In this document: in pieces, positions 1 through 15,765 of the stretch | Layout of the letters: every line of letters begins with the position of its first letter | Position numbering within the stretch: the first letter of the stretch is position 1 | NCBI GenBank assembly: GCA_032718475.1 | Contig: JAUCBJ010008264.1 | Location: 40,136-104,135 of the forward strand | Direction of reading: 5' to 3' | Origin: Nemertoderma westbladi | Taxonomy: Eukaryota; Animalia; Xenacoelomorpha | DNA: 64,000 bases | Notes under the pieces: generated by a model | Told to the model about the DNA's origin: nothing | The model's input: the letters and a program-made list of their open reading frames with translations, nothing else | Databases searched by the model: none | Made by a program: the position numbers and the translations under genes

Positions 1-3000
1 GAACCACTACATACCCTTACATTATGCCACTACCTACCCTTACATTATACCACTACCTACACTTACATTATACCACCACCTACCCTTACATTATACCACT
101 ACCTACCCTTACATTATACCACCACCTACCCTTACATTATACCACCACCAGACTAACCACTCCTGCACTGGAAAGGAACCACTACATACCCTTACATTAT
201 GCCACTACCTACCCTTGCATTATACCACTACCTACCCTTACATTATACCACCACCTACCCTTACATTATACCACTACCTACCCTTACATTATACCACCAC
301 CTACACTTACATTATACCACTACCTACCCTTACATTATACCACTACCTACCCTTACATTATACCACTACCTACCATTACATTATACCACTACCTACCCTT
401 ACATTATACCACCACCAGACTAACCACTCCTGTACTGGATAGGAACCACTACATACACTTACATTATATACCCTTACATTATACCACTACCTACCCTTAC
501 ATTATATCACCACCAGACTAACCACTCCTGTACTGGATAGGAACCACTACATACCCTTACATTATACCACTACCTACCCTTACATTATACCACTACCTAC
601 CGTTACATTATACCACTACCTACCCTTACATTATACCACCACCAGACTAACCACTCCTGCACTGGATAGAAACCACTACATACCCTTACATTATACCACC
701 ACCAGACTAACCACTCCTGCACTGGAAAGGAACCACTACATACCCTTACATTATACCACTACCTACCCTTACATTATACCACTACCTACCCTTACATTAT
801 ACCACCACCAGACTAACCACTCCTGCACTGGATAGGAACCACTACATACACTTACATTATATACCCTTACATTATACCACTACCTACCCTTACATTATAT
901 CACCACCAGACTAACCACTCCTGTACTGGATAGGAACCACTACATACACTTACATTATACCACTACCTACCCTTACATTATACCACCACCTACCCTTACA
1001 TTATACCAATACATACCCTTACATTATACCACCACCTACACTTACATTATACCACTACCTACCCTTACATTATACCACTACCTACCCTTACATTATACCA
1101 CTACCTACCGTTACATTATACCACTACCTACCCTTACATTATACCACCACCAGACTAACCACTCCTGCACTGGATAGAAACCACTACATACCCTTACATT
1201 ATACCACCACCAGACTAACCACTCCTGCACTGGAAAGGAACCACTACATACCCTTACATTATACCACTACCTACCCTTACATTATACCACTACCTACCCT
1301 TACATTATACCACCACCAGACTAACCACTCCTGCACTGGATAGGAACCACTACATACACTTACATTATATACCCTTACATTATACCACTACCTACCCTTA
1401 CATTATATCACCACCAGACTAACCACTCCTGTACTGGATAGGAACCACTACATACCCTTACATTATACCACTACCTACCCTTACATTATACCACCACCTA
1501 CCCTTACATTATACCAATACATACCCTTACATTATACCACCACCTACACTTACATTATACCACTACCTACCCTTACATTATACCACTCTACCCTTACATT
1601 ATACCACTACCTACCGTTACATTATACCACTACCTACCCTTACATTATACCACCACCAGACTAACCACTCCTGCACTGGATAGAAACCACTACATACCCT
1701 TACATTATACCACCACCAGACTAACCACTCCTGCACTGGAAAGGAACAACTACATACCCTTACATTATACCACTACCTACCCTTACATTATACCACTACC
1801 TACCCTTACATTATACCACCACCAGACTAACCACTCCTGCACTGGATAGGAACCACTACATACACTTACATTATATACCCTTACATTATACCACTACCTA
1901 CCCTTACATTATACCACCACCAGACTAACCACTCCTGCACTGGATAGAAACCACTACATACCCTTACATTATACCACCACCAGACTAACCACTCCTGCAC
2001 TGGAAAGGAACCACTACATACCCTTACATTATACCACTACCTACCCTTACATTACACCACTACCTACCCTTACATTATACCACCACCAGACTAACCACTC
2101 CTGCACTGGATAGGAACCACTACATACACTTACATTATATACCCTTACATTATACCACTACCTACCCTTACATTATATCACCACCAGACTAACCACTCCT
2201 GTACTGGATAGGAACCACTACATACCTTTACATTATACCATTACCTACCCTTACATTATACCACTACCTACCCTTACATTATACCACTACCTACCCTTAC
2301 ATTATACCACCACCAGACTAACCACTCCTGCACTGGATAGAAACCACTACATACCCTTACATTATACCACCACCAGACTAACCACTCCTGCACTGGAAAG
2401 GAACCACTACATACCCTTACATTATACCACTACCTACCCTTACATTATACCACTACCTACCCTTACATTATACCACTACCTACCGTTACATTATACCACT
2501 ACCTACCCTTACATTATACCACTACCTACCCTTACATTATACCACTACCTACCCTTACATTACACCACTACCTACCCTTACATTATACCACCACCAGACT
2601 AACCACTCCTGCACTGGATAGAAACCACTACATACCCTTACATTATACCACCACCAGACTAACCACTCCTGCACTGGAAAGGAACCACTACATACCCTTA
2701 CATTATACCACTACCTACCCTTACATTATACCACTACCTACCCTTACATTATACCACCACCAGACTAACCACTCCTGCACTGGATAGGAACCACTACATA
2801 CACTTACATTATATACCCTTACATTATACCACTACCTACCCTTACATTATATCACCACCAGACTAACCACTCCTGTACTGGATAGGAACCACTACATACC
2901 CTTACATTATACCACTACCTACCCTTACATTATACCACTACCTACCCTTACATTATACCACCACCAGACTAACCACTCCTGCACTGGATAGAAACCACTA

Positions 3001-6000
3001 CATACCCTTACATTATACCACCACCAGACTAACCACTCCTGCACTGGAAAGGAACCACTACATACCCTTACATTATACCACTACCTACCCTTACATTATA
3101 CCACTACCTACCCTTACATTATACCACCACCAGACTAACCACTCCTGCACTGGATAGGAACCACTACATACACTTACATTATATACCCTTACATTATACC
3201 ACTACCTACCCTTACATTATATCACCACCAGACTAACCACTCCTGTACTGGATAGGAACCACTACATACCCTTACATTATACCACTACCTACCCTTACAT
3301 TATACCACTACCTACCCTTACATTATACCACTACCTACCCTTACATTATACCACCACCAGACTAACCACTCCTGTACTGGATAGGAACCACTACCTACCC
3401 TTACATTATACCACTACCTACCCTTACATTATACCACTACCTACCCTTACATTATACCACTCTACCCTTACATTATACCACTACCTACCCTTACATTATA
3501 CCACTACCTACCCTTACATTATACCAATACATACCCTTACATTATACCACCACCTACACTTACATTATACCACTACCTACACTTACATTATACCACTACC
3601 TACCCTTACATTATACCACTACCTACCCTTACATTATACCACTACCTACCCTTACATTATACCAATACATACCCTTACATTATACCACCACCTACACTTA
3701 CATTATACCACTACCTACACTTACATTATACCACTACCTACCCTTACATTATACCACTACCTACCCTTACATTATACCACTACCTACCCTTACATTATAC
3801 CACTACCTACCCTTACATTATACCACCACCTACCCTTACATTATACCACTACCTACCGTTACATTATACCACTACCTACCCTTACATTATACCACTACCT
3901 ACCCTTACATTATACCACTACCTACCCTTACATTATACCACCACCAGACTAACCACTCCTGTACTGGATAGGAACCACTACATACCTTTACATTATACCA
4001 CTACCTACCCTTACATTATACTACTACCTACCCTTACATTATACCACTACCTACCCTTACATTATACCACCACCAGACTAACCACTCCTGTACTGGATAG
4101 GAACCACTACATACCCTTACATTATACCACTACCTACCATTACATTATACCACTACCTACCCTTACATTATACCACTACCTACCCTTACATTATACCACT
4201 ACCTACCCTTACATTATACCACCACCAGACTAACCACTCCTGTACTGGATAGGAACCACTACATACCCTTACATTATACCACTACCTACCATTACATTAT
4301 ACCACTACCTACCCTTACATTATACCACCACCAGACTAACCACTCCTGCACTGGATAGGAACCACTACATACCCTTACATTATACCACTACCTACCCTTA
4401 CATTATACCACTACCTACCCTTACATTATACCACCACCAGACTAACCACTCCTGTACTGGATAGGAACCACTACATACCCTTACATTATACCACTACCTA
4501 CCATTACATTATACCACTACCTACCCTTACATTATACCACCACCAGACTAACCACTCCTGCACTGGATAGGAACCACTACATACCCTTACATTATACCAC
4601 TACCTACCCTTACATTATACCACTACCTACCCTTACATTATACCACCACCAGACTAACCACTCCTGTACTGGATAGGAACCACTACATACCCTTACATTA
4701 TACCACTACCTACCATTACATTATACCACTACCTACCCTTACATTATACCACCACCAGACTAACCACTCCTGCACTGGATAGGAACCACTACATACCCTT
4801 ACATTATACCACTACCTACCCTTACATTATACCACTACCTACCCTTACATTATACCACTACCTACCCTTACATTATACCACCACCAGACTAACCACTCCT
4901 GCACTGGATAGGAACCACTACATACCCTTACATTATACCACTACCTACCCTTACATTATACCACTACCTACCCTTACATTATACCACTACCTACCCTTAC
5001 ATTATACCACCACCAGACTAACCACTCCTGTACTGGATAGGAACCACTACATACCCTTACATTATACCACTACCTACCCTTACATTATACCACTACCTAC
5101 CCTTACATTATACCATTACCTACCGTTACATTATACCACTACCTACCCTTACATTATACCACTACCTACCCTTACATTATACCATTACCTACCGTTACAT
5201 TATACCACTACCTACCGTTACATTATACCATTACCTACCCTTACATTACACCACTACCTACCCTTACATTATACCACCACCAGACTAACCACTCCTGTAC
5301 TGGATAGGAACCACTACATACCCTTACATTATACCACTACCTACCCTTACATTATACCACTACCTACCCTTTCATTATACCACTACCTACCCTTACATTA
5401 TACCACCACCTACCCTTACATTATACCACTACCTACCCTTACATTATACCACCACCTACCCTTACATTATACCACTACCTACCCTTACATTATACCACTA
5501 CCTACCCTTACATTATACCACTACCTACCCTTACATTATACCACTACCTACCCTTACATTATACCACTACCTACCCTTACATTATACCACTACCTACCCT
5601 TACATTATACCACTACCTACCCTTACATTATACCACTACCTACCCTTACATTATACCACTACCTACCCTTACATTATACCACCACATACCCTTACATTAT
5701 ACCACTACCTACCCTTACATTATACCACTACCTACCCTTACATTATACCACTACCTACCCTTACATTATACCACCACCTACCCTTACATTATACCACCAC
5801 CTACCCTTACATTATACCACTACCTACCCTTACATTATACCACTACCTACCCTTACATTATACCACTACCTACCCTTACATTATACCACTACCTACCCTT
5901 ACATTATACCACCACCTACCCTTACATTATACCACTACCTACCCTTACATTATACCACTACCTACCCTTACATTATACCACTACCTACCCTTACATTATA

Positions 6001-9000
6001 CCACTACCTACCCTTACATTATACCACTACCTACCCTTACATTATACCACTACCTACCCTTACATTATACCACTACCTACCCTTACATTATACCACCACA
6101 TACCCTTACATTATACCACTACCTACCCTTACATTATACCACTACCTACCCTTACATTATACCACTACCTACCCTTACATTATACCACCACCTACCCTTA
6201 CATTATACCACTACCTACCCTTACATTATACCACTACCTACCCTTACATTATACCACTACCTACCCTTACATTATACCACTACCTACCCTTACATTATAC
6301 CACTACCTACCCTTACATTATACCACTACCTACCCTTACATTATACCACTACCTACCCTTACATTATACCACTACCTACCCTTACATTATACCACTACCT
6401 ACCCTTACATTATACCACTACCTACCCTTACATTATACTACTACCTACCCTTACATTATACCACTACCTACCCTTACATTATACCACTACCTACCCTTAC
6501 ATTATACCACTACCTACCCTTACATTATACCACTACCTACCCTTACATTATACCACTACCTACCCTTACATTATACCACTACCTACCCTTACATTATACC
6601 ACTACCTACCCTTACATTATACCACCACATACCCTTACATTATACCACTACCTACCCTTACATTATACCACTACCTACCCTTACATTATACCACTACCTA
6701 CCCTTACATTATACCACTACCTACCCTTACATTATACCACTACCTACCCTTACATTATACCACTACCTACCCTTACATTATACCACTACCTACCCTTACA
6801 TTATACCACTACCTACCCTTACATTATACCACCACATACCCTTACATTATACCACTACCTACCCTTACATTATACCACTACCTACCCTTACATTATACCA
6901 CTACCTACCCTTACATTATACCACCACCTACCCTTACATTATACCACCACCTACCCTTACATTATACCACTACCTACCCTTACATTATACCACTACCTAC
7001 CCTTACATTATACCACTACCTACCCTTACATTATACCACTACCTACCCTTACATTATACCACTACCTACCGTTACATTATACCACTACCTACCCTTACAT
7101 TATACCACTACCTACCCTTACATTATACCACTACCTACCCTTACATTATACCATTACCTACCCTTACATTACACCACTACCTACCCTTACATTATACCAC
7201 CACCAGACTAACCACTCCTGTACTGGATAGGAACCACTACATACCTTTACATTATACCATTACCTACCCTTACATTATACCACTACCTACCCTTTCATTA
7301 TACCACTACCTACCGTTACATTATACCACCACCTACCCTTACATTATACCACTACCTACCCTTACATTATACCACTACCTACCCTTACATTATACCACTA
7401 CCTACCCTTACATTATACCACTACCTACCCTTACATTATACCACTACCTACCCTTACATTATACCACTACCTACCCTTACATTATACCACTACCTACCCT
7501 TACATTATACCACTACCTACCCTTACATTATACCACTACCTACCCTTACATTATACCACTACCTACCCTTACATTATACCACTACCTACCCTTACATTAT
7601 ACCATTACCTACCCTTACATTACACCACTACCTACCCTTACATTATACCACCACCAGACTAACCACTCCTGTACTGGATAGGAACCACTACATACCTTTA
7701 CATTATACCATTACCTACCCTTACATTATACCACTACCTACCCTTTCATTATACCACTACCTACCGTTACATTATACCACCACCTACCCTTACATTATAC
7801 CACTACCTACCCTTACATTATACCACTACCTACCCTTACATTATACCACTACCTACCCTTACATTATACCACTACCTACCCTTACATTATACCACTACCT
7901 ACCCTTACATTATACCACTACCTACCCTTACATTATACCACTACCTACCCTTACATTATACCACTACCTACCCTTACATTATACCATTACCTACCCTTAC
8001 ATTACACCACTACCTACCCTTACATTATACCACCACCAGACTAACCACTCCTGTACTGGATAGGAACCACTACATACCTTTACATTATACCATTACCTAC
8101 CCTTACATTATACCACTACCTACCCTTACATTATACCACTACCTACCCTTACATTATACCACCACCTACCCTTAAATTATACCACCACCAGACTAACCAC
8201 TCCTGTACTGGATAGGAACCACTACATACCTTTACATTATACCATTACCTACCCTTACATTATACCACTACCTACCCTTACATTACACCACTACCTACCC
8301 TTACATTATACCACCACCAGACTAACCACTCCTGTACTGGATAGGAACCACTACATACCTTTACATTATACCACTACCTACCCTTACATTATACCACTAC
8401 CTACCCTTACATTATACCACTACCTACCCTTACATTATACCACTACCTACCCTTACATTATACCACTACCTACCCTTACATTATACCACTACCTACCCTT
8501 ACATTATACCACCACCAGACTAACCACTCCTGTACTGGATAGGAACCACTACATACCTTTACATTATACCACTACCTACCCTTACATTATACCACTACCT
8601 ACCCTTACATTATACCACTACCTACCCTTACATTATACCACTACCTACCCTTACATTATACCACTACCTACCCTTACATTATACCACTACCTACCCTTAC
8701 ATTATATACCCTTACATTATACCACTACCTACCCTTACATTATAACACCACCAGACTAACCACTCCTGCACTGGATAGGAACCACTACATACCTTTACAT
8801 TATACCACTACCTACCCTTACATTATACCACTACCTACCCTTACATTATACCACTACCTACCCTTACATTATACCACTACCTACCCTTACATTATACCAC
8901 TACCTACCCTTACATTATACCACTACCTACCCTTACATTACACCACTACCTACCCTTACATTATACCACTACCTACCCTTACATTATACCACTACCTACC

Positions 9001-12000
9001 CTTACATTACACCACTACCTACCCTTACATTATACCACTACCTACCCTTACATTACACCACTACCTACCCTTACATTATACCACTACCTACCCTTACATT
9101 ATACCACTACCTACCCTTACATTACACCACTACCTACCCTTACATTATACCACTACCTACCCTTACATTATACCACTACCTACCCTTACATTATACCACT
9201 ACCTACCCTTACATTACACCACTACCTACCCTTACATTACACCACTACCTACCCTTACATTATACCACTACCTACCCTTACATTATACCACTACCTACCC
9301 TTACATTACACCACTACCTACCCTTACATTATACCACTACCTACCCTTACATTATACCACTACCTACCCTTACATTATACCACTACCTACCCTTACATTA
9401 TACCACTACCTACCCTTACATTACACCACTACCTACCCTTACATTATACCACTACCTACCCTTACATTATACCACTACCTACCCTTACATTACACCACTA
9501 CCTACCCTTACATTATACCACTACCTACCCTTACATTATACCACTACCTACCCTTACATTACACCACTACCTACCCTTACATTATACCACTACCTACCCT
9601 TACATTATACCACTACCTACCCTTACATTATACCACTACCTACCCTTACATTATACCACTACCTACCCTTACATTACACCACTACCTACCCTTACATTAT
9701 ACCACTACCTACCCTTACATTATACCACTACCTACCCTTACATTATACCACCACCAGACTAACCACTCCTGTACTGGATAGGAACCACTACATACCTTTA
9801 CATTATACCACTACCTACCCTTACATTATACCACTACCTACCCTTACATTATACCACTACCTACCCTTACATTATACCACTACCTACCCTTACATTATAC
9901 CACTACCTACCCTTACATTATACCACTACCTACCCTTACATTATATACCCTTACATTATACCACTACCTACCCTTACATTATAACACCACCAGACTAACC
10001 ACTCCTGCACTGGATAGGAACCACTACATACCTTTACATTATACCACTACCTACCCTTACATTATACCACTACCTACCCTTACATTATACCACTACCTAC
10101 CCTTACATTATACCACTACCTACCCTTACATTATACCACTACCTACCCTTACATTACACCACTACCTACCCTTACATTATACCACTACCTACCCTTACAT
10201 TACACCACTACCTACCCTTACATTATACCACTACCTACCCTTACATTATACCACTACCTACCCTTACATTATACCACTACCTACCCTTACATTATACCAC
10301 TACCTACCCTTACATTACACCACTACCTACCCTTACATTATACCACTACCTACCCTTACATTACACCACTACCTACCCTTACATTATACCACCACCAGAC
10401 TAACCACTCCTGTACTGGATAGGAACCACTACATACCTTTACATTATACCACTACCTACCCTTACATTATACCACTACCTACCCTTACATTACACCACTA
10501 CCTACCCTTACATTATACCACCACCAGACTAACCACTCCTGTACTGGATAGGAACCACTACATACCTTTACATTATACCACTACCTACCCTTACATTATA
10601 CCACTACCTACCCTTACATTATACCACTACCTACCCTTACATTACACCACTACCTACCCTTACATTATACCACCACCAGACTAACCACTCCTGTACTGGA
10701 TAGGAACCACTACATACCTTTACATTATACCATTACCTACCCTTACATTATACCACTACCTACCCTTTCATTATACCACTACCTACCCTTACATTACACC
10801 ACTACCTACCCTTACATTATACCACCACCAGACTAACCACTCCTGTACTGGATAGGAACCACTACATACCTTTACATTATACCATTACCTACCCTTACAT
10901 TATACCACTACCTACCGTTACATTATACCACCACCTACCCTTACATTATACCACTACCTACCCTTACATTATACCACTACCTACCCTTACATTATACCAC
11001 TACCTACCCTTACATTATACCACTACCTACCCTTACATTATACCACTACCTACCCTTACATTATACCACTACCTACCCTTACATTATACCACTACCTACC
11101 CTTACATTATACCACTACCTACCCTTACATTATACCACTACCTACCCTTACATTATACCACTACCTACCCTTACATTATACCACTACCTACCCTTACATT
11201 ATACCACTCTACCCTTACATTATACCACCACCTACCCTTACATTATACCACCACCTACCCTTACATTATACCACTACCTACCCTTTCATTATACCACTAC
11301 CTACCCTTACATTATACCACTACCTACCCTTACATTATACCACTATACCCTTACATTATACCACTACCTACCCTTACATTATACCACTACCTACCCTTAC
11401 ATTATACCACTACCTACCCTTACATTATACCACTACCTACCCTTACATTATACCACTACCTACCCTTACATTATACCACTACCTACCCTTACATTATACC
11501 ACTACCTACCCTTACATTATACCACCACCTACCCTTACATTATACCACTACCTACCCTTACATTATACCACTACCTACCCTTACATTATACCACCACATA
11601 CCCTTACATTATACCACTACCTACCCTTACATTATACCACTACCTACCCTTACATTATACCACTACCTACCCTTACATTATACCACTACCTACCCTTACA
11701 TTATACCACTCTACCCTTACATTATACCACTACCTACCATTACATTATACCACCACCTACCCTTACATTATACCACTACCTACCCTTACATTATACCACT
11801 ACCTACCCTTACATTATACCACCACCTACCCTTACATTATACCACTACCTACCCTTACATTATACCACTACCTACCCTTACATTATACCACTACCTACCC
11901 TTACATTATACCACTACCTACCCTTACATTATACCACTACCTACCCTTACATTATACCACTACCTACCCTTACATTATACCACTACCTACCCTTACATTA

Positions 12001-13097
12001 TACCACTACCTACCCTTACATTATACCACTACCTACCCTTACATTATACCACTACCTACCCTTACATTATACCACTACCTACCCTTACATTATACCACCA
12101 CATACCCTTACATTATACCACTACCTACCCTTACATTATACCACTCTACCCTTACATTATACCACTACCTACCCTTACATTATACCACTACCTACCCTTA
12201 CATTATACCACTACCTACCCTTACATTATACCACTACCTACCCTTACATTATACCACTACCTACCCTTACATTATACCACTACCTACCCTTACATTATAC
12301 CACTACCTACCCTTACATTATACCACTACCTACCCTTACATTATACCACTACCTACCCTTACATTATACCACTCTACCCTTACATTATACCACTACCTAC
12401 CATTACATTATACCACCACCTACCCTTACATTATACCACTACCTACCCTTACATTATACCACTACCTACCCTTACATTATACCACCACCTACCCTTACAT
12501 TATACCACTACCTACCCTTACATTATACCACTACCTACCCTTACATTATACCACTACCTACCCTTACATTATACCACTACCTACCCTTACATTATACCAC
12601 TACCTACCCTTACATTATACCACTACCTACCCTTACATTATACCACTACCTACCCTTACATTATACCACTACCTACCCTTACATTATACCACTACCTACC
12701 CTTACATTATACCACTACCTACCCTTACATTATACCACTACCTACCCTTACATTATACCACCACATACCCTTACATTATACCACTACCTACCCTTACATT
12801 ATACCACTCTACCCTTACATTATACCACTACCTACCCTTACATTATACCACTACCTACCCTTACATTATACCACTACCTACCCTTACATTATACCACTAC
12901 CTACCCTTACATTATACCACTACCTACCCTTACATTATACCACTACCTACCCTTACATTATACCACTACCTACCCTTACATTATACCACTACCTACCCTT
13001 ACATTATACCACTACCTACCATTACATTATACCACTACCTACCCTTACATTATACCACCACCAGACTAACCACTCCTGCACTGTATAGGAACCTCTA
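1..13097. repeat. Satellite/minisatellite array: 23-bp unit CCACTACCTACCCTTACATTATA with interspersed 37-bp block CCACCACCAGACTAACCACTCCTGYACTGGAWAGRAA (60-bp composite unit); runs off the left edge of the window
   Basis: Tandem periodicity is directly visible; the 60-bp composite aligns line to line (e.g. 601-780). The + strand is C/A-rich and almost G-free in the 23-mer. The last degenerate copy ends near 13097. Confidence 0.98.
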
Positions 13098-13108
13098 CCT
13101 ATACCCAC

Positions 13109-13290
13109 CTATTTCGCTTTCGTCTTACAATCTCATCTTCTAGACTTTGCCATTTGTTTTTGGGTTTATTCGGTTCAATAGATGCTGTTGGCGTTGCCAT
13201 AGAAACTGGTCGAGTCTCTATGAGATCCTTTCCGGAATATTCAGCAATCTGGCGAACAATAACTGATTTATATGATGAGTCATAAGAGAC
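13109..13290 (-). CDS. Internal coding exon of an uncharacterised minus-strand gene (VSYDSSYKSVIVRQ...EDEIVRRKRN-R)
   Basis: Acceptor ttctag|GTC at 13291/13290 and donor AATAG|gtgggt at 13109/13108. The 182 nt are open and join in phase 0 to the exon ending at 13370 across a 79-nt GT-AG intron. Confidence 0.7.
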
Positions 13291-13369
13291 CTAGAAGTAG
13301 CTAAACCTATTAACCAACAGTATGTAAGTCTCAATTTAAACATTTCTAAATATTCAATACTGTTTTTAC

Positions 13370-13691
13370 CTTTATATCGGGTTCTATACCAGAAACTTCC
13401 TTTTCCATATCAATTTGTTCCCGATTGCTATCCATTACTGATCGGCCTATTTCACAATCTAAGTCAACGATAGAAGACTGACTACCATTTAATGCTGTTT
13501 GAGAGCTATCCTCATCTTCATCTTCTTGACTTAGATAACGATCCAAAAGTACTTGGCATATATCCCCGTGTTCCATTGGTTCATCGTCTATGGAGTCTTC
13601 ATTCATCTCTAGATCATCTACAAGTACTTCGGTTTCATCATCGGGTTCTCCATTATAAAGAACCTCGTCGTTATTATATCGGGTTATCTTC
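13370..13691 (-). CDS. Internal coding exon (acidic, D/E-rich) of the same uncharacterised gene
   Basis: Lies inside ORF 13346-13747. Acceptor attatag|G at 13692/13691 and donor AAG|gtaaaa at 13370/13369; the phase matches the next exon. Confidence 0.7.
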
Positions 13692-14425
13692 CTATAATAT
13701 AATAACAATTTCATTTTCATATCCAAACTGTAACCAGAAATATCCACATGCTATAGTTAGCTATAATATCAATGCTATGATAGCCGTGCTATAATAAACA
13801 AATTACAGTAGAAATATTAATAATAACAATAATTTTATTGAAGAGTGTGAAAGTATTATATGTCCAATATATACTATTATGAAAAGCTGGTGATGATTTT
13901 GTGTAAAATTCACAACTGTAAGTATAATAAGTGGGTGAGTATATAATACGGTACAATGTTTATAGGAAGATTGAATTTTTCACTCAAACTACTGTCTAAG
14001 TCAAAACGCTGGTGATTCAAGTTAAATGATGGATAAATAATTACAAGGTGCCACTGTTTCCTGTTCATTGGGGGAAATTTGGAAAGTAATTGGATTATTT
14101 TCAGATGAAATTTAATATTTTAAAATTTTTCAAACAATTAATATCTGTTACCATGGATTCTTTTCAAAAATTCAACATACACAAAAATATGTTAAATATG
14201 AAATACGAAAACTTCACTTTATGTAAGATCTGTTTTACTATCAGGCAAGAACCCAGACCCCTCATTATTTAATTTGGTAATTATTACACCTTATCCAGAT
14301 GCAACCACTGGCAAATGCCTACCGCTTTTATCTCACAAATATATTAATATGAATTACAAAAGAACAAAAGGTAGATTATTATGAGTCCTTGATTTGCGCA
14401 CATCTGTTCCGTATGCATATTACCA

Positions 14426-14666
14426 ATTGGGGTGTCGTTTCAGCCTATTTTAAAATATTAACTTAATTTCGCGAATATTTAATTTCGACATTCACCATTT
14501 AAGGTAACTTTTTAAAGGAAAGTACCAGGTTATAATGGCAGGCTTTTCTAATCAAAACAATAAACTAAATTTAGGAACACAGTTAACAGTAAAAATTTAA
14601 CTTCTAGACACTAATTTTTCAATATTAATTTAACATTCCTGTGTGAAGGTTGAAACGACACCCTAA
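14426..14666. mobile_element. Small MITE with ~21-bp terminal inverted repeats
   Basis: ATTGGGGTGTCGTTTCAGCCT versus AGGTTGAAACGACACCCTAAT (inverted, 2 mismatches) around an AT-rich core. No clear target-site duplication (TSD). Confidence 0.55.
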
Positions 14667-15765
14667 TGGGGTTTTTGCGTGAATGTCAGTTTTTTTGTGT
14701 ATTTTTTTGGCGTCCAGTAATCAGCTGTTATTTGCGTCGATTATTGCGTCGAGACCCCCCCCCCCGCACACCCCTTTCCATCTGATAATAATATGCTATA
14801 CAGCAGACAGCCCACACCTACATACCTTGAAGAAACAATATCTTCGCTGTCGCAGCCTTGAACGCATTCAGTGGCGTAATCATTAATGTTTGTTAGCGAA
14901 TCAGGTAGACCGACGCCTTCTATTGGATATTCAATTGAATTCTAAAATATATCAATTAAATATCTCAATTTATTTCAGACTAGTTTAAGTAATATTTGGA
15001 CCGGCCTAGCAACACCAGCCACTATACAACCACTATTCAGCTAAAATATCGAATCCAAAATTCTTGATATTTCGTGATAAAATATAATATCGGGTTGGGT
15101 ATATACAACTACATATACAACTGAGGCGAGTATACTGACACGATACCTATCTCGGTCGGTATATATGACACAACCCTTGAGTCAAACTGTGTCAGGTATA
15201 TGTTCAGGTGTTTGGGGCGTGTCATGCGACATGGCGAGTCCATTCACAAAAAAAATAATTAAAAAAAAACAATAAATAATAAAAAAAACATGTAAAAAAA
15301 CAAAACATAATTTAATATTAATTAATATTGCATTAATACCTCACCTAACCCTCAATTTAACAATTTTATTTATCATAATTTATAAATTTAAAATATTATT
15401 GTTGGTATAATCCATCAAGGCCTTCTAGGACATATTATTTATTCAATAAATCCAATAAGTAAAATTTATATATTAAATAAATACAATGTTCTATTGTCAT
15501 AAAGTGTTTTACTAAAATAAAGGCACATTATCATATTGTGACGTGACAGCCCCCCTCCCCACATCAACATTGTAGATCCCCCTCAATCTATTGACCGTTA
15601 CGTCATTTATGAACTGCCCCCCCAATTAAAATATTAATAAAGTTTAATTCCCTGATTACAAATCTTTCATACAAACTTTTCAATGTTATTCAAGATGTTT
15701 CGATCAATTCTAGAGGTCTCAGTTCAGTAAACATTTCTTTATTATCAAATAGTTCCTAATAACAT

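Noticed and set aside
24-521. P/T/Y/H-rich ORFs in the satellite
   Set aside because: These are artefacts of a nearly G-free repeat with few stop codons, opened by a single point variant that creates an ATG.
1-5300. CRISPR-like repeat/spacer pattern (37-bp block at variable spacing)
   Set aside because: The intervening sequences are satellite monomers rather than unique spacers, there are no cas genes, and the context is eukaryotic.
1-13097. Telomere made of a long (23-bp) telomerase repeat; the G-rich strand points toward the window start and CCCTTA resembles CCCTAA
   Set aside because: The 37-bp blocks, higher-order cassettes and zoned variants fit recombinational amplification, and the array abuts a splice donor. 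It cannot be fully excluded without the upstream sequence.
14826-14883. Possible first exon (MITPLNAFKAATAKILFLQ, donor G|gtatgt) of the 13.1-13.7 kb gene
   Set aside because: It ends in phase 1 while the 13691 exon needs phase 2, and I found no bridging exon, so it is left uncalled.
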